A stretch of DNA of 64,000 bases from Candidatus Cloacimonadota bacterium (lineage in GTDB: Bacteria; Cloacimonadota; Cloacimonadia; G963667145). Below are positions 15,001 to 19,171 of this stretch, piece after piece; the first letter of the stretch is position 1, and every line of letters starts with the position of its first letter. Location: assembly GCA_963676615.1 (NCBI GenBank), contig OY781092.1:1-64000 (forward strand), written 5' to 3'. Position numbers and translations under genes: made by a program. The notes under the pieces are model-generated. The model ran no database searches. It was given only the letters and a program-made list of their open reading frames with translations, and was not told where the DNA came from.

Positions 15001-16522
15001 CAGATTTATCAAAAATTTGGCGATTATGAACACCACCATTGACGGAGATGATTATTTCTATGTCGGAGCTTTTGCTGGGCAAGAGTTCTATTTAACCGAA
15101 AAGCCTTACAAATTTGAAAACCTTTTGGGATATAACAACACCATAAAAAAAGTAGGTGTAGGTGCAGGCGGTATTGTGGGAGCTGCACAGATGGCTACGA
15201 TAAAAAAATGCGTGGTCGTTGGAGGAAAAATCTCTGGCGAAGGAATTGTAGGAGGGATTGGCAGAGCGAAGAGGATCGAAAATTGCGCGACGATAATAGA
15301 TACGATCGTAGTTACTAATAGAATTTCTGGAAATAGATTGGGGCAACTTACGAGTAAGATGAGTAAGGACGAAACAGGAATAGGCTGGTATTTTACAGAG
15401 ATAGTGGGGAGATCTGATTATTCCCCGAAAAATGAAACTGGCACTGACGGACGAAGCGCCTTTGCTTGGCAGCTGAGCGACTCTAGCTATTGGCAAAATC
15501 TTGGTTTTACGGAAAAATATGGCTGGAAGTTCGCGGGCAACGACCCGTTCCAGATAGCTCCGACTCTCAAGAATATGGACTCTGATGTCGTTCCGACTAC
15601 AGAAGGGCTGTCGTTTACCTCAGGCGCAGGCATAGCGGATGACCCATACAAAATCACGAGCCCAAGGCAGCTAAATCTTTTGCATCTTTTCACGGACGAT
15701 CCAACTTATATCGACAAACATATCCAGTTGACTATTGGTGAAACAGACAACACTGTTGACTTTAGCGATTGGGAAGCCGACTGGCGGAAAGATTTTAACG
15801 GGAGAGCTGATGGCAACTGGCGTCCTGTGGAGAACTTTACTGCTGGATTTGATGGAAACGGCGGTGGTGTTGTTGGTCTGTATGTGCAAGAGAAATGTAA
15901 TAACAAGCAAGGATTTTTCGCCTCAATTGGCAATGGTGGAGCTGTCAAGCAATTTGGAATTTACAATTCGACATTTTCGGGATGTAACGGCTTTGTGGGA
16001 GCGCTAGCTGGCGAGGTAGCTAACGGGCGAATAATGGACGCAATGGTTGTGGGAACTATTATCAAAAATGGTAGCACCGTTGGCGGTGTTGTGGGGAAAA
16101 TAGTGTCACCAGAGCCCAAAAGAGATGTTTTTTTGGTAATATCGGCAAACAACACAATCGAAAGAGGCTCAGTTGTTGGTGGTGTCGTTGGAGAAGTAGC
16201 GGAAGGAGACACTTTGAAAAATTCAGCGGCCTTGTTTAATACTATTACCCCTACTAACGGACCGCAGATTAACTGCATAATAGGTAAAGGCACTGGGGAT
16301 AATTTGCTTTGTGAGACAACAATGACTAAAATCGGAGGTGGGTCTGCACAAAATAATGATACCAAAGATGCAACTGTATATTCTCTTGATGCGTTAAAAA
16401 TTCAAGCGACTTGGGATAATTCAGCATTTGTGGCAGAGATTTTTAGGGGAACTGACGGAACAAGATCCTATCCGACCCTATCGAGAGTGCCGTTGAGCGT
16501 AGATAATGGCAATTATCAGTAG
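2..16522 (+). CDS. Giant repetitive putative surface protein/adhesin (FN3-like repeats + GLUG-type repeats), 5' end outside window
   Basis: The frame is open from position 2 (GTT GAA GTG GAA TGG) and runs >5500 codons. The first ~3140 aa repeat FN3-like signatures (DSIxIxW...YxYxV...SxxDxG). The rest repeats PYxIxxxxQL, FxGxFDGNG and GG(L/V)VG motifs. Confidence 0.85.
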   Translation, partial: VEVEWSLDHRTRGIDSFRVYRDTLGGEMEEADYIQTVKSFSGLTHKISDMLGAETQGKDTLFSGQKYSYAIKSYANGYASSFTLAENVDTGWVALPIVSQVSGSFAQAGSPISVSWTAGENISEEVSYIYRRVTRKVGAEDTIYVDSTGGKLISDTTISDNDGLQAGMVYAYQVKAFNSKYVGVDQGADEVWSNKSGQELGSRGMISSAWSPIGFAGQKFDKPTLYVVNNFDSLKVDTIFLKWEADDLVTDFVVEVDTSADFGTAKTLGIPNNSERSLDSFAYAPTGKLLKAKYYYFKLQKQNNEINYAAWDSVKSAWSDTDTGWSKLIPPVGVSASSELVDSILVKWQKYEWGTPVEYVVVSRSSNGTFIPKDTVETDSLKFYSPYILGVKTIGVYTQSDDFGKSDTSVFVQGMGKIEPPSYSARPTKGDYSDSVVIVMDENDVDPSMTSYRLFFSSDKSSSTIQNDKETDENYIDFDSNRIVLKAETGLRSVNYGQKLYIKVAWSVGGIYSDKSELDSGWTKLRKPAFFRAGTLGDPLDTMAIKLNWTNPPNLDSVEVWRTTISDNNFTLHKTIAATGEEEAEFLDTILEQDRRNSYYYKIRAKNALSNAASLFTDSIKDYVKVYSIRDFFASDGTKQDTVALSWKADLDSNFTIRVYENNSYTSAVDSIKQLKTSQGENWKPDASKSTYPGCWYYFRINLEGDENSPVVKFAAVDSGYAAIPEVSRDSVKVVYDTSLIELGTHTSNVGDSAYTEFDASGAFKIDYISKIYISKYSEILDNFTRIDTLTKTKKTTKSRALTFGEINRYQLEFINQIETGFKREYYSFTTLRKPSKITWNSAELAFESVKLRVGKGENDGSLTDSLVLYRSSSNGKDTLVFACPKDVDPVTIVDDRKLEKGVFYSYKAALYNNETGISVVCDSVDSVFAKLKAPVFDSVSKGVAKDTIYLRWNSVEGAKGYRLYSNTDYPNGSYQLLEIFTNKIDTFYKDTLVYEQCTDIYYKLVTVGQDTTSLLSDCVADFGSRAFRGVDDLVTVDVPQLSQVNLEFSVPASVALASPTPEGSFEKGVKLYRYDTVSVVNDTASKYVAAGFTANEIGNGAFRLQDANNLLVGQLYFYRVMVKPAASSEVSDLSNIVKGFVLPPAVTAPTASSGEKVDTIQIKWEKLDAETLAGDTVAAYVILRSRDDFATSDSIEVGGSDSVFLDFGTKMGSELLSGYDYSYRVRTKVIISDKDTGGASFDTTMYSGYSEIASGWAQLGKLSSSQVSVVKGYVANINKVSPPAEEADSIQIDFSSLSASVKSINVYRRAQNVGEFAFVATAAVSSNSASYVDTLNIDRNRGKVLEYRFKLMADHEAALAFDTVAFTNLAEPTDFHMVSSDTSGVRFLVSVPNSLSADSVLLSRFDLAGTIKDSMLYAVDNQTVVQIKDSTGTPGELFEYKVALFDDATGYTPYSSTKDTAGKAIAPVQFVEIWKGESEDSIYIVWNKSDDATGYLLIRNESGANAVTERVYDSLYRSNSAADTFYADKRDFPAGKYIYYKVVTIGKNTRSAQSDADYGYLKYGGIKDLEVKGWSQNMSADSLQMSWSIPSAISIDSVFVSRLTSADSSENIDTLAANRLPYQTVMQRVSSVTEDEYERYTYLNATASQDLLLGQLYFYRVTVKVKGISDDIEPSNLGIGYLSLPKVKNVYATKAEGDSIIITWAKVPDVKGGDVDSYFVYRSDGKMVSLAGSVEEFKDYSVGSSPFGTLLKKGDEYKYSVVAKIDLRQDTLPGSTPGYFVKELLSPASDSAMGYTSPEAAVLESVSEGTAIDTIVVEYTSPTGADQILLYRKLHSESEWRSIGELQNGQVSTKYNDTLIDLGVKYDYKILVSKGIGERWSSVDSGYSLLGAPDSILIANNGKNADKIVLQIFSPNRAKYQDSIVVHRTATTSGSNDSASYHIASPIAANVYVIEDTAGIIQGTFYQYKVKFRNDLGDSPYKSAKNSKAFAKLTVPQLESVSRSQWADTIKLVWNKIADAKNGYAIWVDSALGTDGSDPSTYGIIDSTDAEGDTFYFDSNSFLPEQQVYYKVQALGTDTSSALSDFDWGTCKYEGVDSLFFDRSNPKVDSIYLSWTIPTTIASPTIELYRYDTASTTNQLNDKYKMQNQASYKALGSDTLFYTFEEPASEDFTIGNLYFYRCQVIVKGAPSDACAPALGFLAMPRVDSLFATKGRIFSPEVTPLTDSVVISWKAIEYFDENNNSLRYILSKYDETGVKLGETTLTDTKYTEKAGAAIGSFEKGKNYLYSVKATCEIDEAIPGGETFKRTLTSKDSMLVVGYTFPESAEIIDASRGSKVDTIAIEYKTPKYADSIVLYRTNSGNIALRIDTLSAEKTNAQFDDDDRQLIPGAEYRYEIKVYKNGMASSSNIDTGFAELSAPDSVWWLQQPNQYASGYDDTSKINIAWNKVEDAHGYWLYLSKSSLLSNFEPLDSVQIANAADTQYAYTPKDFLNSPDSIYDYYLVVKSYLEEQNDKVRFSAVSMQDTGVLASHSVIGLGAQYNETEGKIEVSWNELWTDYETSEVDSFSIYQAENSKKVGAFSKVASTSDKNAKSIYIASDKTQAGNFYYYKVKVHYNNDKGTSIFSPVTDQNADVPLGGVSLRVSKGEEKLTVVFDTIARATSYKLYKNLDTLPNLMGAPIKEWSAAEARAEASGDSVVWTDISVAEGKIYYYAMVAERVVNVDGEDLLIQSEIGFVPSERKCGYIQSKMRKIDFNFMEGGLKLSWSREQNFAAGVDPQYFQMSRGISPNVGSYENISADLQKEPEGDNVIYTLKDSATSVFSSALEVGKTYRYLLRARVTSTLKDTLYITSDTMNMLYDYLWKNDTASLNDNFRLSTEFEDKIELSFDKFLPQRGPSDYDTIGITPDTLSKYIVVRVKKNFDSEEGYLQIYDKLAKGDTTNGEYDLSQMFILTYSDFYHEDLEDGNQILTFVDNGKTGVYPNRPLEQGVEYLYYVLGYIEYGDDPVFISRPLYDFNLLGWLAIPGFELTGARYIEDGVKREGIEIIWKKPGSNDNIYKIGRSTSPNFAAVPPDTVVVGTGSDLVVGDTMFLDSNRVNSPLGATEMGVRYYYRLQRGTKTVSDETIYSEWSEPISFVYGVEDGVYKISTPREFNSLAGQFAEGNISDRIYVQMINDIELAGIDTLAPMGTDAHPFSGEFDGQGHTVNIGDYKDSDRTGLFGVINTAMLHDMNVIYDTDIKVTQGYFGGVVAEVRGENELGNIYVKLQMVDSDGDYLGGMIGGGEGSVNAKSDSVDLAGYLKSNGYLGGFAGQLRGNSSITDCKIKIAIGKYLYAGSHAGSFVGYFGGQMQNVRVDGNLMLYQNNDNLHREASYGGLVGADMEGSTYDSVVFAGAVQIRFKGKANNAYIGGVVGHSRASQIKNIYFEHQNIEVTTTTGTENAAAGGVVGKFSAQNGHIERVDFSTRGSVLSTITSGVGYSGMLIGWDDGNATSVGTDGDTITLSNLSSSGLKVNCSNYDGGVGYVGGAVGKTKNISLKNVEIRELEPSVVKCDGYVGGAVGYDEGASYENVRVLNGVNFAIGIGNANSFTVGGLVGYSQAQSTENCSVAAGFDFSHSSFASIENPKVIGGVFGHRQGAVVAGGEKLSFSTFKMNLGDSSYIGGYAGILEVSDLKISTDDIAEIDWTASQIVVDKNSAIGGLVGKLTVNNKMNLDYQGAVKMKVAALDGSVVGGLVGEMSAVLGATLVDTSADGIVLDLGGSTRASRAGALIGEVTRGTMSGLCARAEIKNYGIVGGLIGKMSGTAKLTKSYVDDKITIEGVYRGGGLVGELATESTAGIDQSYVYGIDCGTQYIENFGLLVGKMSSGQIATSYAILNDLVNVNAGQFVGEMTGGKIENSYAIANTRAGTPITKKVANYIDGDTSGAIDTEHEILLSDKILGQSAFAMPGNFFSYPILIYNQRIIDTSILCNSLKMNQDASHNYLVEKPIQLDAIGDARLLGQDYENLGRLPEGLSLHKNYKLNNNLDFTGYTGYTPIGYAEQNKQFSGIFDGNGKTISNLDLSYNNLGKSGSASYRGLFGLLGGSAEVKNLRMTKAKISLPSGSNVAVICGKMNAGKIEEVQVDSSVVYLAAGEGAAAICAEMDQGQISNVSTIGNEIGALRSSAAIAATMNSGFITKAVCIADSVSGFIGDAGGIVASLSSGNIDGVVSAARALQGSSVYKVAQNNGGNINEAYTLGETNCIIGGETTWKLGQGKTLEDGQNFYADLTTAQNLVDSLGLDDILWRKSNITSTLPTLAKFNSSVYTLEDGEILGPLGQLQETMSISTPLELAFLGATSNSTTTKKFVLTDNIVFGEDDDFSLGDGNFEAILDFSDTLDGAGHTIKGLNIAGSGLFGVINNGKVKNIGFIDCQVSSSENNAVAGMVAGEIDGGEISDVYVADCKVENTNTTNQTGAVIGQIDNSTISRVIALNNEVSGADSTKSAGLVGKADNSTIKYVVCFNKSKEIERVFAEIDANSTTESIFAWQKNRDEENNLTERHSKDGMSLTFSEILRSKGVMYTNFLNNEAWSWENYESEDWQCAPRLAHMTIEDASPELFRFARGNGDASNSFVIKDVEQLDLVRCFFVSGYNFELGANLDCNDYEAGDEKISWQPFIGFSTDSAFVGVFDGNGYSISNLVTLAPGGLFHTIASSSRVENLTFYDAHIKSGVSGVVAITNQGEISNVLVKNSKVTDEEFNSGDDYKGMGMLVADNQGVVKYCISAGNKIIRDHTADEDKHEGMLIGKNSNEAEIFNCVSVGDSMSTAVDGSAHRVVGDSSGTIKNNYAYSGTLINDIVLPYSKTGFDTRNGRSTSRLAYRKAFYENLSIDVDGAFRWPDSNNPTLVYVPVGKNVPAAKDEGYVFLGEGDPNTFSQGDGTMANPYLVEDRIDLDNIRYGLELNYKLVENINVSVNKFKPLGTKDAPFRGTFDGDYHSVSAINHIVIADGEAGLFGYLQADKENRFIKNLAIMNTTIDGDDYFYVGAFAGQEFYLTEKPYKFENLLGYNNTIKKVGVGAGGIVGAAQMATIKKCVVVGGKISGEGIVGGIGRAKRIENCATIIDTIVVTNRISGNRLGQLTSKMSKDETGIGWYFTEIVGRSDYSPKNETGTDGRSAFAWQLSDSSYWQNLGFTEKYGWKFAGNDPFQIAPTLKNMDSDVVPTTEGLSFTSGAGIADDPYKITSPRQLNLLHLFTDDPTYIDKHIQLTIGETDNTVDFSDWEADWRKDFNGRADGNWRPVENFTAGFDGNGGGVVGLYVQEKCNNKQGFFASIGNGGAVKQFGIYNSTFSGCNGFVGALAGEVANGRIMDAMVVGTIIKNGSTVGGVVGKIVSPEPKRDVFLVISANNTIERGSVVGGVVGEVAEGDTLKNSAALFNTITPTNGPQINCIIGKGTGDNLLCETTMTKIGGGSAQNNDTKDATVYSLDALKIQATWDNSAFVAEIFRGTDGTRSYPTLSRVPLSVDNGNYQ

Positions 16523-16576
16523 TCACGCTGAAAGCGCCGCAGTCTCGTCCGTGCAGAGCAAGGAGTGCCTGGACTT

Positions 16577-16626
16577 CTGACACCAAAATACGGGCTTATC
16601 ATTTGTTGCTTATATTTTGGTGTCAG
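16577..16626. repeat. 50-bp hairpin element CTGACACCAAAATA-N22-TATTTTGGTGTCAG (copies at 16577, 16712, 16998, 19229, 20141, 21055)
   Basis: 14-bp inverted repeat around a semi-conserved 22-nt spacer; six copies read directly (one mismatch in the 21055 copy). Confidence 0.9.
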
Positions 16627-17232
16627 AAATGAGGTGGCTCTTGGGCGTTGTGATTTTTCCAAGACGCTAAGGAGTGCTTTAGGCTCCCTGCTCTTCCGCC
16701 CTCATTCTCGTCTGACACCAAAATAGTGGCTTATCATTTGCTGCTTTTATTTTGGTGTCAGGCGGGAATCCATATCCAAAGCGTTCTGAGAAATGGGACT
16801 GGGCAGTGGCAACCAGCACGCCCTCATTGCTGCCCTTCTCCGTCATTGCGGGCAACGACCCGCAATCTCCCAAAGCAAGCACTGGTTTATCATAATCGGC
16901 GACCTCACCGATGAGATTCCGAGTCAAGCTCGGAATGACGGCAGTTTTTTCGGGTCGGGCGGCGATTTTTAACTTTTACCTAATAACTAATAACTGTCTG
17001 ACACCAAAATAGAGTCTCATCATTTGTTGCTTTTATTTTGGTGTCAGGCCTCCGCCCGCCCGCTTGCTCGCCTAGACTGGCGATAGGGCGGAAACCTTGC
17101 TTCATCTAAAACAGAGACACGCTAAAACCGACTACAAAAAACAAAAAAAATTGCGATAAGTCACAGACTTACAAACAATTACGGAGGTGCTCTCTTCCAC
17201 GGAAATCTCTAAACACCTCTCGAAACTTCTCT

Positions 17233-18548
17233 GGCACCGTCCAAAAAAGTGTGTCTAATCTCCAATTTGGTTTCCATTTTCTTAACTTTCTGGGAACAAA
17301 ATTTTGTCAAATTTAAATTGATAAATCGGATAATTCAGATATTTATCGACCTTGTCCATCGCGACCTTGCTCAGCAGCAGTAGCACAGACTCATCGCTGG
17401 GCATCGAGTTCCTGATTTTCAAAACTTTCCGAAACTGTTTATTCAAATTTTCGATCCAATTTGTGGTGTAAATCAGCCGCTGAATTCTGTGGTCAAACTC
17501 CAAAAAAGTGAAATAATAAACGACATCGTCTCTGTTTAATAACTTCTTGGTAAATCGATACTTATCTCCCCATTTTTTCGCAAAATTATCCAAATTTTTC
17601 AAAGCAATTTCTTTCGTATAGCGTTCTTGTCCGACGCAAAAAATTTCCTTCAAATCGTCGCTAATTTCGCTTTTATCACTATTCCTGACCTTAGCTAATA
17701 GACTTCTTTTAAAGTGAGTTACACACTTTTGAAATTTCGCATTTTTAAAAACTTTGCTCACCACATTTTCCAGCCCAACAAGGCCGTCAGCCACGACCAA
17801 TTTTGTCGTTTGCAAGCCTCGCGATTTTAGGCGATTAAACAAGAATTCCCAGCCAGCAGCGCTCTCGGTCGGGATATTTTCGAGCGCCAAAATGTCCCGA
17901 CTTTTGTCCTCTCGGACGCCGATAACCACGCAAAACGCCTCAGTTTCAACACTGTCGAGCCGCCTCAATTTGGAATGTATGGCGTCAATCATAATAATCG
18001 GATAGTTTTTTTCTAGCGGCCTATTTCGCCAATTTGTCAACAATTCTTTGAATTCTTGGCTGATATTGCTGATGGTCGATTTTTTGTAATTCGTGCCAAA
18101 AACATTTGCGAAAACATTCTCTATGTCTTTGGTAGACAAGCCTTTAGCATACAGCTGAAACGCCAATTCTCGTACTTCTTGCTCCTGCTTTTTCAAAATT
18201 TCCAAGATAAATGGATAAAATTGACCGAATCTGTCGCGCGGAATTTTGAATTGAATTTTGCCGCTGAGAGATGAAAAACACCTGCTGCGATAGCCGTTGC
18301 CTTTGTTGTTTGAGCTTTTGTTTTCCGCCATAAAAGCCTGTCTTTCCAGCTTCATAAGGCTGTTAAAAACGAACTCGATCAATTTATTCGCGCCATAATC
18401 ATTGACATTTTCGTCTAAAATTTTTTGTAGTTGACTTGCGTTAAATCGCATAAGAATCTCCTTTTTTGTTCTTTTTTTTATAAAAATTGGAGATTCTTTT
18501 TTTGTGTCTAGTTTTTTTTGCTGCAGACACACTTTTTTGGACAGTGCC
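17233..18548 (-). mobile_element. IS256-family insertion sequence, 1316 bp
   Basis: 24-bp terminal IRs: GGCACCGTCCAAAAAAGTGTGTCT (17233-17256) and AGACACACTTTTTTGGACAGTGCC (18525-18548), one mismatch. 8-bp direct repeat ACTTCTCT at 17225-17232 and 18549-18556. The empty site is visible in the other units. Confidence 0.95.
17282..18451 (-). CDS. IS256-family (Mutator-like) DDE transposase
   Basis: Motifs NGYR, IPRDR, LYAKGLST, IDAIH, VADGL, QKCVTHF, YTTNWIENLN. The likely start MRFNAS lies inside the IR, behind an AAGGAG RBS. Confidence 0.95.
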   Translation of the reverse strand: MRFNASQLQKILDENVNDYGANKLIEFVFNSLMKLERQAFMAENKSSNNKGNGYRSRCFSSLSGKIQFKIPRDRFGQFYPFILEILKKQEQEVRELAFQLYAKGLSTKDIENVFANVFGTNYKKSTISNISQEFKELLTNWRNRPLEKNYPIIMIDAIHSKLRRLDSVETEAFCVVIGVREDKSRDILALENIPTESAAGWEFLFNRLKSRGLQTTKLVVADGLVGLENVVSKVFKNAKFQKCVTHFKRSLLAKVRNSDKSEISDDLKEIFCVGQERYTKEIALKNLDNFAKKWGDKYRFTKKLLNRDDVVYYFTFLEFDHRIQRLIYTTNWIENLNKQFRKVLKIRNSMPSDESVLLLLSKVAMDKVDKYLNYPIYQFKFDKILFPES

Positions 18549-18842
18549 ACTTCTCTGTTTTTAGAAGCAAGCGTCCTTTTCTGCTTCTTTTTTCGGACGC
18601 CCGAAAAGATGAAGACCCGTCTGGTAAGACATCATCTCTAACACCATTCTGCGAAATGGGGTCGGTTGGTGGCGGAATTATCAATTTTCAATTTTTATTT
18701 ATCAATTGCTTTGGAGCGCCAGCGACAAAGCCTACGCCTCCGCAATTTTTTCGAAGCTATTTTGTTGCGATAGCCTGCTTTGCAGTGTTTTTGGACAGTG
18801 CCACAAGCGTTTGTTGAGCGTAGTCGAAGCATAAGCAGAAAT

Positions 18843-18866
18843 AAAAGGGATTGCTCCCTTTTTTTG
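18843..18866 (+). terminator. Terminator-like hairpin at the end of each full unit (also 19755-19778, 20667-20690)
   Basis: AAAAGGGA-TTGC-TCCCTTTTTTTG: short stem plus T tract. Confidence 0.5.
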
Positions 18867-18888
18867 ACCGTGCAGAGCAAGGAGTGCC

Positions 18889-19006
18889 TGGATTCCTGCC
18901 TGCGCAGGAATGAGGAGGTTTGGGGCTTGAGATTTTTCCCAAGACGCCAAAGCGTGTTTGCCTCTCCTTGCTCTTCTTCCCTCATTCTCGCGGAAGCGGG
19001 AATCCA
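18889..19006. repeat. Inverted pair of REP-like palindromes (also +912, +1824; interrupted in unit 1)
   Basis: TGGATTCCTGCCTGCGCAGGAATGAGG (18889-18915) and CCTCATTCTCGCGGAAGCGGGAATCCA (18980-19006). They resemble the ATTCCCGC-N-GCGGGAAT class (Neisseria dRS3/Rickettsia-type palindromes). Confidence 0.8.
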
Positions 19007-19071
19007 TCTCTAACAGCGTTCTGAGAAATGGGACTGGGCAGTGGCAACCAGCACGCCATCATTTTTTTCCT

Positions 19072-19171
19072 CGTCATTGCGGGCAACGACCCGCAATCTC
19101 CCAAAGCAAGCACTGCCTTATCATAATCGGCGACCTCACCGATGAGATTCCGAGTCAAGCTCGGAATGACG
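19072..19171. repeat. Second inverted pair of REP-like palindromes (in all units; half copy near 21423-21450)
   Basis: CGTCATTGCGGGCAACGACCCGCAATCTC and GAGATTCCGAGTCAAGCTCGGAATGACG. Confidence 0.8.

Noticed and set aside
8..16522. Diversity-generating retroelement acting on the giant gene
   Set aside because: No reverse transcriptase, and no template/variable repeat pair with the gene's 3' end was seen in the window.
18452..18550. 33-aa N-terminal extension of the transposase in the ORF track
   Set aside because: It starts outside the IS inverted repeat, and a good RBS precedes the ATG at 18451.
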